From an uncultured Candidatus Saccharibacteria bacterium (GTDB lineage Bacteria > Patescibacteriota > Saccharimonadia > Saccharimonadales > JACDBH01): a DNA stretch of 64,000 bases. Positions 18,957-27,748 of this stretch are shown in pieces (position 1 is the stretch's first letter; every line of letters starts with the position of its first letter). The notes under the pieces are model-generated. The model had not been told where the DNA came from. It was given only the letters and a program-made list of their open reading frames with translations, and searched no databases. A program made the translations under genes and the position numbers. The stretch lies in contig OZ246417.1 in assembly GCA_965231105.1 (NCBI GenBank), positions 768,908-832,907 of the forward strand. Direction: 5' to 3'.

Positions 18957-20711
18957 GTGAGGAAGCTTAAGGGAGTATTTGCATCAGTTTTTGGTACGGC
19001 CGCCTTGGTTCTCTGTCAGGTGGCATTTCCTGTGTTCGCACATGCCTTTACCGGCGGAGTGGGTACTCTGAGTGATCCATATGAAATTTCTACCTGTGAA
19101 GAATTGCTTGATATAGATGATGATCTTGATGCCCATTACGAGCTTGTTAATACGATTAACTGCAATGCTATAGCGGACTTTGAGCCATTAGGGGATTATT
19201 CTGGCCCGGGTTTTTCAGGAATCCTTGAAGGTAACGGCTATACAATTGCGGACATCTTTATTGATCGTCCTACCGAAGATGGTGTTGGTCTTTTTGCGCT
19301 TATAGACGGAGGAGAAGTTCGTAATCTTACCATTGCTTTCTCGGAAGTGACTGGCGAGGACTACGTCGGAGCTCTTGCCGGCCTTACCACTGGAGGTACA
19401 GTTCTTACCAATGTGAAGGTTAAAGACACGGTTGTGAGGGGTGAAAATACTGTCGGGGGTATAAGTGGCAGCCTCGATGACACCACGGTAACGCGTGCGG
19501 TAGCGATTGATGTAGATGTTGCTGGTGCCGATGGTTTGGGAACAACCAATGACATTGGTGGAGCTTTCGGGGCGACCGACAACTCAGAGATTACTCGCTC
19601 ACATAGTACCGGTACAGTAGTAGGCAACACTGAGAACTCCGGCTTATCTTCTTATACGGGCGGTCTCATTGGCCATGCGTATTCGGGCACAGCATTATCC
19701 GATAGTTATTCTCAAGTATCTGTAAGTGGAGATAATGACGTCGGAGGCGTACTGGGACTTATGGCTGGATCCGATGTCAGCCGTGTTTACTCGAGTGGTA
19801 CCGTAGAGGGTGATCTCTCTGTGGGTGGTGTGACGGGCCGTTTGCTTAGTGGCACGCTTGAGTACAGCTTTGCGGCAGGGGAAATAACTGGCGTCAGTGA
19901 AGTGGGTGCTGTCGTGGGTACGACTGACAGTATCGCCGGAGGGGATATTGATGGTGTGGCCTTTGACGAATATCGTACCGGTGTGTCTGACTGTGTTGGA
20001 GAATCGCACATAAGCACTGTATGTGCTGGTATGAATGGGGGAAATATTGAACCTGATTATTTCTTTGTCCCAAGTGGTTTTGTGCCGTTTATCGGTTGGG
20101 ATTTTGATGATGTTTGGCGAGTTCAAACCAACAATTTTCCAGTTCTTCAGAGTGAGCCAGGTGGCGTGGGTACTATACGAGTTACCCCAGGCCCTAATTC
20201 TTTAGTTGTTACCTGGGAAGAAGTCGATGATGATGGCGGTAATGCCGTTACCAGCTATGAAATTATGTATAAGGCAGAAAGTGCAACGTCCTTTACGACG
20301 GCTACGGGTATTTCTGCACTTACCTATACGATAACTGGACTTGCCCCATCTACTCAGGTTTTGGCACAGGTCAGGGCAGTGAATGCTCATGGTGGAGGAG
20401 AATGGTTGGGCTTCATTACCTTTACGAGCAACGCCGCACCGACAACGAGTAGTTCCGATCAGGCTGATAAAAAGACCAGCGCAAGTAGCTCAGATTCTGA
20501 AGCAACAGATACTGCTGTCGCTGAAGATGCAGTTCCAGTTAGTTCTGCTAATGACATTGCAGATACCACTTCAGATCCAGGGGCGGCAACCGAAACAACA
20601 GACACCGAAAAAGTTGGCTCAAAATCTGCCGTATACGGGGTAATTGCACTTGCCCTACTTGCTGCGGGAGGATATGCCCTTAGGGTCGTTCGACCCATGA
20701 AGCAGGGCTGA
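18957..20711 (+). CDS. Secreted, membrane-anchored surface protein with GLUG repeats and a fibronectin type III domain
   Basis: Signal peptide (AALVLCQVAFPVFAHA). Repeated VGG(I/V)xG / GGLIG segments are GLUG-type. FN3 region is SLVVTWEEVDDDGGNAVTSYEIMYK...YTITGLAPSTQVLAQVRAVN. Ser/Thr/Asp linker and a C-terminal TM helix. GTG start. Confidence 0.7.
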   Translation: MRKLKGVFASVFGTAALVLCQVAFPVFAHAFTGGVGTLSDPYEISTCEELLDIDDDLDAHYELVNTINCNAIADFEPLGDYSGPGFSGILEGNGYTIADIFIDRPTEDGVGLFALIDGGEVRNLTIAFSEVTGEDYVGALAGLTTGGTVLTNVKVKDTVVRGENTVGGISGSLDDTTVTRAVAIDVDVAGADGLGTTNDIGGAFGATDNSEITRSHSTGTVVGNTENSGLSSYTGGLIGHAYSGTALSDSYSQVSVSGDNDVGGVLGLMAGSDVSRVYSSGTVEGDLSVGGVTGRLLSGTLEYSFAAGEITGVSEVGAVVGTTDSIAGGDIDGVAFDEYRTGVSDCVGESHISTVCAGMNGGNIEPDYFFVPSGFVPFIGWDFDDVWRVQTNNFPVLQSEPGGVGTIRVTPGPNSLVVTWEEVDDDGGNAVTSYEIMYKAESATSFTTATGISALTYTITGLAPSTQVLAQVRAVNAHGGGEWLGFITFTSNAAPTTSSSDQADKKTSASSSDSEATDTAVAEDAVPVSSANDIADTTSDPGAATETTDTEKVGSKSAVYGVIALALLAAGGYALRVVRPMKQG

Positions 20712-20720
20712 TTTTATAAC

Positions 20721-21542
20721 CTAACTAACTTTTGTCTCATCATCTATAATTACGCTCGCTTTACGAGGTAATTGGGGGTAGCCTTTATATGCACGAGCAC
20801 CCTTGTCAACAAAAGACAGTAGTTGTCGAAAGGCTTCTGCAATCTGTGGACTTTCAATTACCATTCCCATGACCTCTTCACCAAATGAAATGATAGCCAG
20901 TTTGTTGCCATATACAGCCCATTCGACGGGGGCGGTATAATCTTCTGTGCGTAACCAGGTACGAGTGTTGCCGCTCTTTTTGTCGTGTTCCTTCCAGTCA
21001 ACTCGGGCCTCCGGCGTATCAGGAGTGAGCATATGTCGGCTAATGGTTGAATGATTAAAGCGCGAACGAATAGCAGACATTTCATTAAAACTGCCAAAAA
21101 ATGTAATGTCCGCAGGGGTGCGTACCATGGAAAGCGGAAGTTTTGTATTGAGTTGGTCGTCATACATACTCTCAATGCCTTCTTTGCCTTGAAAAAAACG
21201 TATAGCCGGGCGTTCAGAGTGGGCGAGATAATCATTTATGAGATTGGGGAGGCTGTTATTAAAGCGCTTTTCTGCTTCTTCGGCCCTCAGGCGTTGTTTC
21301 TTTATATGATCTACAAGTGCCGAGGGGTTATTAGCCCAGTAACGCAACTTTTTTTGACTATCGTCACGACTTGCAAGTCCTAATGATTCCAATTGCTCAA
21401 GAAGTTTATAGGTATTTGTGCGGCTTTCTTCAATGACTAAAGCAAGCTTTGGGGGAGTGCAAGGGCTATTTTTTACGAGAGCAGTGTACGTACTTGCTTG
21501 AGATTGTGTGAGGCCGGCCTCTTGCAAAATCTGTTCATTCAT
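20721..21542 (-). CDS. TrmB family transcriptional regulator
   Basis: N-terminal wHTH (LQEAGLTQSQASTYTALVKNSPCTPPKLA...TNTYKLLEQLESLGL) plus a TrmB-type C-terminal domain. Confidence 0.7.
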   Translation of the reverse strand: MNEQILQEAGLTQSQASTYTALVKNSPCTPPKLALVIEESRTNTYKLLEQLESLGLASRDDSQKKLRYWANNPSALVDHIKKQRLRAEEAEKRFNNSLPNLINDYLAHSERPAIRFFQGKEGIESMYDDQLNTKLPLSMVRTPADITFFGSFNEMSAIRSRFNHSTISRHMLTPDTPEARVDWKEHDKKSGNTRTWLRTEDYTAPVEWAVYGNKLAIISFGEEVMGMVIESPQIAEAFRQLLSFVDKGARAYKGYPQLPRKASVIIDDETKVS

Positions 21543-21571
21543 ATCTTAAGTGTAGCATACTTCTGTAAAAA

Positions 21572-21590
21572 TGTGAATATATATTTCACA
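21572..21590. promoter_or_regulatory. Inverted repeat TGTGAA-N7-TTCACA in the trmB / yfiH-like divergent region
   Basis: Perfect 6-bp arms around an AT heptamer, 30-48 nt upstream of the trmB-like ATG. Candidate operator. Confidence 0.35.
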
Positions 21591-21639
21591 AAATGTAGTA
21601 AAACAGATCATAAAGCAAAACATAATGGGGAATATAAGA

Positions 21640-21668
21640 TTGACAATATCTCTCAAGGTAGGTATAGT
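21640..21668 (+). promoter_or_regulatory. Promoter TTGACA-17-TATAGT for the 21696 gene
   Basis: Consensus -35, exact 17-nt spacer, near-consensus -10. Confidence 0.5.
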
Positions 21669-21695
21669 ATGACCTTTAGTTAATATTGAGGACAT

Positions 21696-22844
21696 ATGAA
21701 GACATTTGAATTTGGCACAAATGGTGCAGCGACAGTAACGCAAATGCGTGCTGGCGGAGAATATGGTAGCGGCTCCGAACAACTTGTCGATGGCAACATG
21801 ATTCCGCGTTTGTGTGAATTTGCTGGTGCTGGTGCATGTGCCCAAGCCTGTCAACTAAAACTGCAGGGTAATCCTGAGCATCAGCCCAAACTGTGTGCTG
21901 AAGAAAATATTGTTGAGGCACTTGAAAATCTTACAGTTAATCCTGAAAACTTCGCTATGGTAGCCGCGACGAAAGATCGTGTAGGTTTTGGAGACAATAT
22001 AGAAGAACTTGGCGCTTCGAAGCACGCTGACGGGTATACGGTTGTGCCTGAGTGTAACGCGTTTTTCTTCCGTCCTGGCATAGATAAAACTGTAAATCTT
22101 GGCCGACGATTAACAAATGTAGCTATGCGTATGGCGGACTGTGGGGACGTTGTATATTCATTCCAAGATTCGAAAGGTGATGATGTACTTGGCATTGCAC
22201 ACTTTTCGCGTACAAATATGCGCGGTCCATCTGCCTATGTGCATGAGCTAGATGGCAGGCAAGTAAGTTGGGGCGAATATGTATTGGGTAGTGCAATGAA
22301 ACACTATGGTGCCGATCCTCAGTCTGTGAAAATAAAGCTTGTTGCTGCGGTTGAAGGCGAGAACTTCATCCATCACTACACCGATGAAAATGCCATGGAA
22401 AAACACTTCCCGGGCTGGAATGAGTTAGGCTTCATGCATCCAGAAGGGAAGGATGATTTTGACTGTCTTATTAATTATCGTGAAATGATTCAATGGCAGC
22501 TGCGTGAAAGTATCCAAGCTCCTCATCTGCAACTTTCTGCGGAGCAAATTGAAGCTGAAGCAGTTGTTGATACGGGAAATCTTAGCTTAGGACATGCTTC
22601 ACATCACGCCGCTACAAAGGGCACAATTGCTCATGGTCGCGACCTGTACATATTAGGACTCAACCGTAGAGAAACCATTGCCTCGAGAATTGAAGAGTTA
22701 AGAGGTCTACAAAATGGCCGTAGGTGGGCAATGAATACTTTTGGCGAAATGAGTGACGATGATTACCGGGCGTTTGAAGATATATTTTACGAAGGCGAGC
22801 GTGAGCTTCGTCAACTTTACGTGGCTCAAGAAGAATTGCGTTAG
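21696..22844 (+). CDS. YfiH/PgeF (DUF152, laccase-domain)-like protein with N- and C-terminal extensions
   Basis: HADGYTV ... MADCGDVVY ... LGIAHFSRTNMRG ... HGRDLYILG parallels the His/Cys/His pattern of the family (ADGL...ADCxPV...HAGWRG...GR). About 130 aa longer than typical members. Confidence 0.4.
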   Translation: MKTFEFGTNGAATVTQMRAGGEYGSGSEQLVDGNMIPRLCEFAGAGACAQACQLKLQGNPEHQPKLCAEENIVEALENLTVNPENFAMVAATKDRVGFGDNIEELGASKHADGYTVVPECNAFFFRPGIDKTVNLGRRLTNVAMRMADCGDVVYSFQDSKGDDVLGIAHFSRTNMRGPSAYVHELDGRQVSWGEYVLGSAMKHYGADPQSVKIKLVAAVEGENFIHHYTDENAMEKHFPGWNELGFMHPEGKDDFDCLINYREMIQWQLRESIQAPHLQLSAEQIEAEAVVDTGNLSLGHASHHAATKGTIAHGRDLYILGLNRRETIASRIEELRGLQNGRRWAMNTFGEMSDDDYRAFEDIFYEGERELRQLYVAQEELR

Positions 22845-22883
22845 AGTAGAGAGTTCTCTGTTAACAGCGTATACTATTAGTTA

Positions 22884-25538
22884 ATGGCGGAGAAGAAAAA
22901 GCTAGCTATTATCGATGGTAAGTCAGTCTTTTACCGTGGCTATTACGCGATGCCATCATTAAGTACTGCAGACGGTACGCCCACTGGTGGCGTATACGGC
23001 TTTGCAGCTATGAGCCTTGAGCTTATCAAGAAGCTGCAGCCAGACTATGTTGCAGTGGCCTGGGATAAGCCAAAGACCAATATCCGTAAAAGGTTGGAGT
23101 TGTATCCTGCATATAAAGCGGGGCGCAAAGCTGCGCCACCAGATTTCTATGCACAAATTCCAATTCTCTACGATCTGCTCAGGGCATTTAGTTGGCCTCT
23201 CTATGAATTTGATGACTATGAAGCCGACGACATCATGTGCACGCTCGCGAAGAAAGCCGAAAAGGCAGGTATGGAAACAATGCTCATTACCTCTGACCTT
23301 GATGCCTTGCAGTGTATCGATAAAAACACACATGTGTATGTGCTAAAGAAAGGCTTTAGTAATATTGAACGATTTGATGCCGATTACTTTACGGCAAAGC
23401 ATGGCATAACCACCGATCAGTTCTTGGACCTCAAGTCCTTAAAAGGGGATAGCTCGGATAATATTCCCGGTGTGCCTGGTATTGGCGAAAAGACCGCAGT
23501 GCAGTTATTGCAAGAATACAAAACACTCGACGGGATTTATGAGAATCTACCCCTTATTAAAGAATCTGTGCGCAAAAAGCTTGAGGCCGGCAAAGACTCA
23601 GCATATTTGAGTAAAAAAGTAGCACTGCTTATGGACGATGCGCCAGTAGATTTAGATCTTGAAGCAACCGATACGCATGATTTAGACGTGACGGCATTGA
23701 AGTCCTTGCTTCAAAAACTTGAGTTTAGAAGTTTACTTCGCACTATGCCCGAATACATGAGAGTGAGTGAGGCGGATGTGCCAGATGTACCGGTAACACA
23801 AAGCAAGGATGGTAAGGTGCATCAAATTGCCGGGACAAAAGTATTGCCCGTGGACTCGGATGCCGCACTAAAGGCGATTGATTTTAGTAAGCAAAAAGAG
23901 CTGGTTATTCATTCATTTGCTGCCGGCGCGCACGGAAGAGATCCTCTCACGCTTATATTGGCAGACAACAAGACTGCCTATACATTTGATATTCCAAAAC
24001 TTGATAAAAAGGTATTGGCTGAAAAGCTAAAAAGCTTACCTCCTGTAATTGGCTATGATGTTAAATCAAGCCTGCAAGTGCTTTTGGATTTAGACATCCC
24101 GTTACCAAAGGTAAATGGCGATGTACTAATTGGTAGCTTCTTAATCGATCCGTTACACAGGGCGCGGTCTCTGAGGGAAATGGCCGAGGTAGATATTGGT
24201 TACAGTGGCTCCTCACTTGATGATCTTACCAATGAGGAAATTGTTCAGCGTGCAGGAGAAATCACTGCGGTTATAGCAGCGCTGAATACGTTTCAAGGTG
24301 AGTCGATCAGCGAGCTTACGAAGCTCATTCAGCTTGCGGATCAAGTGGAATTACCGGTAATTCCAGTATTGGCGCGCATGGAATACGAAGGAATTAAGCT
24401 TGATTGTACGTATCTTGAGAAGATGGGAGACGAATTAGAGGGACAGATTAGTGATCTTGAGCAAACCATTTATGGTCATGCTGATCAGGAATTTAATATC
24501 TCAAGTCCATCGCAGCTAGCAGACATTTTATATGTAAAACTTAACCTTCCTACGGTAGGGGTGAAGAAGGGCAAGACTGGTTATTCTACGGCTGCTGAGG
24601 AACTGGCCAAACTTCGAGGGCTACATCCGATTATCGATCTTATTAGTCAGTATCGTGAATATACAAAACTTAAGAGTACCTACGTCGATACCTTACCAAA
24701 ACAGGTAGATAAAGAGGATCGAGTACATACTACTTTTGCCATGACTGTCGCCCAAACGGGACGACTCAGTTCGGTTGATCCAAATCTTCAAAACATTCCC
24801 GTTCGCACCGACATTGGTAAGCGAGTAAGGAAGGCCTTCATTGCGGGCCCAGGAAATGTATTTGTGAGTGGAGATTATTCACAGTTTGAACTTCGTCTTG
24901 CAGCTGCACTCAGCGGGGATGAGGGCATGATCAAGGCCTTTAATGAAGACCAAGATATTCACCAGCTCACTTCTGCTGCGGTACTAGGTATTAAGCCAGA
25001 GGAAGTAACCAAAGATCTGCGCTATAAAGCTAAGGCAGTGAACTTCGGCATTATTTATGGCCAAGGCCCACACGGTCTGGCCGCCACTACTGGCATGAGT
25101 TATGGCGAGGCGCGAGAGTTTATTAATAAATACTTTGAGATACGCCCAAAGCTTAAGGCTTATTTAGATGAACAGCGTGAAAAGGCTAAAAAGAAGGGCT
25201 ACGTTGAGAACTTATTAGGACGACGTAGGCCAACACCAGATGCCCAGAGTAGCAATCATGCGGTTCGGGAAACGGCACTACGACAGGCTATTAATATGCC
25301 TATTCAGGGAACGGCTGCAGATCTTACGAAGCTTGCGATGATTAAGGTTGATGAAAAGTTACCAGAAGGTGCAAAGATGCTCTTACAGATTCACGACAGC
25401 ATCATGGTTGAATGCAAAAAAGAGGATGCCGAAAAGGTGGGTAAAATCCTTAAAGACACCATGGAGAGCGTCTATCCAACGCTGCCTGTTAAGATCAAGG
25501 CTGATATTTCCTCAGGTGAAAACTGGGGTGAACTGTAA
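22884..25538 (+). CDS. polA: DNA polymerase I
   Basis: 5'-nuclease domain (GDSSDNIPGVPGIGEKTA), a central exonuclease-like domain, and the pol domain (RLSSVDPNLQNIP, DYSQFELRLAA, QIHDS). Confidence 0.95.
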   Translation: MAEKKKLAIIDGKSVFYRGYYAMPSLSTADGTPTGGVYGFAAMSLELIKKLQPDYVAVAWDKPKTNIRKRLELYPAYKAGRKAAPPDFYAQIPILYDLLRAFSWPLYEFDDYEADDIMCTLAKKAEKAGMETMLITSDLDALQCIDKNTHVYVLKKGFSNIERFDADYFTAKHGITTDQFLDLKSLKGDSSDNIPGVPGIGEKTAVQLLQEYKTLDGIYENLPLIKESVRKKLEAGKDSAYLSKKVALLMDDAPVDLDLEATDTHDLDVTALKSLLQKLEFRSLLRTMPEYMRVSEADVPDVPVTQSKDGKVHQIAGTKVLPVDSDAALKAIDFSKQKELVIHSFAAGAHGRDPLTLILADNKTAYTFDIPKLDKKVLAEKLKSLPPVIGYDVKSSLQVLLDLDIPLPKVNGDVLIGSFLIDPLHRARSLREMAEVDIGYSGSSLDDLTNEEIVQRAGEITAVIAALNTFQGESISELTKLIQLADQVELPVIPVLARMEYEGIKLDCTYLEKMGDELEGQISDLEQTIYGHADQEFNISSPSQLADILYVKLNLPTVGVKKGKTGYSTAAEELAKLRGLHPIIDLISQYREYTKLKSTYVDTLPKQVDKEDRVHTTFAMTVAQTGRLSSVDPNLQNIPVRTDIGKRVRKAFIAGPGNVFVSGDYSQFELRLAAALSGDEGMIKAFNEDQDIHQLTSAAVLGIKPEEVTKDLRYKAKAVNFGIIYGQGPHGLAATTGMSYGEAREFINKYFEIRPKLKAYLDEQREKAKKKGYVENLLGRRRPTPDAQSSNHAVRETALRQAINMPIQGTAADLTKLAMIKVDEKLPEGAKMLLQIHDSIMVECKKEDAEKVGKILKDTMESVYPTLPVKIKADISSGENWGEL

Positions 25539-25598
25539 GGATTTTCACTCTTCTATTGCGTAGAGGAGAGTATGCTTCGCTTTAGGAGGAACACACCC

Positions 25599-26261
25599 AT
25601 GAAGCGTTGGCTTAAAGATAATTCACTGAGTTTGGTGGTGGGGATCCTGTTTCTTATTTTCTTAGGTGGGCAAAGTTTAACAGGGCAGAGACAGTACAAC
25701 GAAGAGCAGCAAGAGCACGGTCAACCAGAAATAACATATATGGAATATATCGGTTCGGGTGACTTTATCGAGTCGGTATTCGAAAACTGGGAGAGCGAAT
25801 TTCTCCAGATGGCAGCCTATGTCGCCCTCACGGTTTTCTTATATCAAAAAGGTTCCGCTGAATCTAAGAAGCTGCAGGGCAGTGAGCCATTTGATCAAAA
25901 ACCTAGGAAGTCACGCAGTACAAATGCGCCGTGGCCAGTCAGGCAAGGCGGCATTGCGCTAAAGCTCTATGAAAACTCATTACTTATCGCTTTTACGCTG
26001 TTATTCCTTATGTCATTTGGGATGCATGCGTATGGTGGGGCACGTGCTACAACTGAAGAAAACTTGGTTCACGGAGAGTCAGCAGTTGGGGTAGTGGAGT
26101 ATATTCAGACTTCAAAATTCTGGTTTGAATCCTTCCAGAACTGGCAAAGCGAATTCCTTGCAGTGTTTTCTATAGTCGTATTAAGTATATGGCTCAGGCA
26201 AAAGGGTTCTCCGGAGTCTAAGCCGGTAAATTCTCCCCATGCCGAAACGGGCAGTTCGTAG
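25599..26261 (+). CDS. DUF6766-like membrane protein
   Basis: MKRWLKDNSLSLV...NWESEFLQM...YQKGSAESK and the repeated NWQSEFLAV...RQKGSPESK match that family. The ATG at 25599 has an AGGAGG SD 8 nt upstream, so it is preferred over 25572. Confidence 0.55.
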   Translation: MKRWLKDNSLSLVVGILFLIFLGGQSLTGQRQYNEEQQEHGQPEITYMEYIGSGDFIESVFENWESEFLQMAAYVALTVFLYQKGSAESKKLQGSEPFDQKPRKSRSTNAPWPVRQGGIALKLYENSLLIAFTLLFLMSFGMHAYGGARATTEENLVHGESAVGVVEYIQTSKFWFESFQNWQSEFLAVFSIVVLSIWLRQKGSPESKPVNSPHAETGSS

Positions 26262-26273
26262 TATTCTTATGAG

Positions 26274-26840
26274 ATGATTAAGGCTATAATTTTTGATTGC
26301 TTTGGCGTCGTTCGTGTCGATGCATTACAAACTGCCTATGAAGCTTTAGGTGGTGATTTTGCTGCCGACAGGGACTTTATTGTGTCGACTGTCGACTCTG
26401 CCAGTAAAGGAACAATCCCGAGCTCTCTGCCTGTTATAGCCGAAAATCTGGGTGTCAGCGTAGATGTATGGCAACAAGCGCTTACATCCGGCAGTACTCT
26501 CAACCAGCCGGTACTGGATTATGCGAAAGAGTTGCGAAATAGTTATAAAACGGCCATGCTCACGAATATTGGTACGGGTGGGGTAGAGCGTATGTTTGAA
26601 CCAGGTTTCTTAGATGCATATTTCGATGTCGTGGTAGCTTCTGGTGACATTGGTTTTGCGAAGCCCGAGCCACAAGCATATGAGATAACGGCTGAAAGAC
26701 TTGAGGTTCGACTTGATGAATGTGTTTTTATCGACGATCGCCCAGAGTATGTAGAAGGGGCGAGAGCGGTGGGTATGCAAGCGGTTGTCTTTATTGCCAC
26801 TGAGAAACTTAAGAAAGATCTTGCAAAGATATTAAACTAA
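26274..26840 (+). CDS. HAD family hydrolase
   Basis: Motif I IIFDCFGV (DxxG variant), TN in motif II, and FIDDRPEYVEGA in motifs III/IV. Confidence 0.8.
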   Translation: MIKAIIFDCFGVVRVDALQTAYEALGGDFAADRDFIVSTVDSASKGTIPSSLPVIAENLGVSVDVWQQALTSGSTLNQPVLDYAKELRNSYKTAMLTNIGTGGVERMFEPGFLDAYFDVVVASGDIGFAKPEPQAYEITAERLEVRLDECVFIDDRPEYVEGARAVGMQAVVFIATEKLKKDLAKILN

Positions 26841-26882
26841 TCCCGTCCAGATAAATATCCCTTTAATCTAAGCATAAGGGTA

Positions 26883-26911
26883 TTGCATTTTTATCAAGCT
26901 TATGCTATAAT
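26883..26911 (+). promoter_or_regulatory. Promoter TTGCAT-17-TATAAT (TG-extended) for the LPXTG protein gene
   Basis: Exact 17-nt spacer, with TGcTATAAT. Confidence 0.5.
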
Positions 26912-26944
26912 CTTCCAGTTCGTAAAGAGAGGTGAAGAGAAGCA

Positions 26945-27643
26945 ATGAGTGTAAAAACTCTTTTGAAGGGTGGTGTTATTCTTGTGGCTTTGGCTGCAAG
27001 TATATTCGTATCAACAGGTAAAGTTAGTGCTCATCATGGTAATGCCTTTGGTAGCTGTGCTGACGGCGTAGGTGTTATTACCGCTAAGTTTGAAGCTTGG
27101 GGTGACCGAAGCAACTTACTTGGTAATATCACAGTTAAAGTTGATGGCCAGGTTGTAGAGGAATTTAAAGCAACAGCTGATAATTTTACTCGTACCTATA
27201 AGCCATATGTAAACGGTGAATATACCGTGCGTGCCGACTGGGTTATGGACTATAACCGTAATCAGAAGGCTGATTCAAACGAGAAGTTTTCGTTTGAAAA
27301 CAAAGTTAAGATCAGTGGTTGTACGCCAAAGGAAGAGAAGTGTACCGTTCCCGGTAAAACTCACCTTCCTAAGAATGATCCTAACTGTAAGGTAGACGAG
27401 AAGTGTGTTGTTCCTGGTAAGGAAAACTTGCCAAAGAACGACCCTGCTTGTAAGAAAGACGAAGAAAAGTGTACGATCGCCGGTAAAACTCATTTACCGA
27501 AAAACGATCCAAACTGTAAAGAGGTTCTTGGAACTACAACCGAGTTACCAAAAACTGGTGCCGGTACAAGCATCTTAGCACTCCCAGTGCTTACTACGAT
27601 TGCTGGTGCTGTATTCCATAACCGTCGTCTTGCTCGTAAGTAA
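26945..27643 (+). CDS. LPXTG-anchored cell-surface protein with three Cys-bracketed repeats
   Basis: Signal peptide, three copies of C(T/V)(V/I)xGK(T/E)(H/N)LPKNDPxCK, then LPKTG plus a hydrophobic helix plus RRLARK (sortase sorting signal). Confidence 0.75.
   Translation: MSVKTLLKGGVILVALAASIFVSTGKVSAHHGNAFGSCADGVGVITAKFEAWGDRSNLLGNITVKVDGQVVEEFKATADNFTRTYKPYVNGEYTVRADWVMDYNRNQKADSNEKFSFENKVKISGCTPKEEKCTVPGKTHLPKNDPNCKVDEKCVVPGKENLPKNDPACKKDEEKCTIAGKTHLPKNDPNCKEVLGTTTELPKTGAGTSILALPVLTTIAGAVFHNRRLARK
27335..27523 (+). repeat. Three tandem ~60-66 nt coding repeats
   Basis: gagaagtgtaccgttcccggtaaaactcaccttcctaagaatgatcctaactgtaag and two diverged copies. They differ mainly at synonymous positions. 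Confidence 0.7.
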
Positions 27644-27671
27644 TAACTGACCGCTTACCTTTCCCTAAGAG

Positions 27672-27702
27672 GAGCCTGTCATTAGTTTGGCAGGCTCTTT
27701 TT
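27672..27702 (+). terminator. Rho-independent terminator after the LPXTG gene
   Basis: GAGCCTG-12 nt loop-CAGGCTC followed by TTTTT. Confidence 0.6.
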
Positions 27703-27748
27703 CTAGGTTTCTTTACTCATATCTGTATTTTGTTATAAAGTTTTAGTA

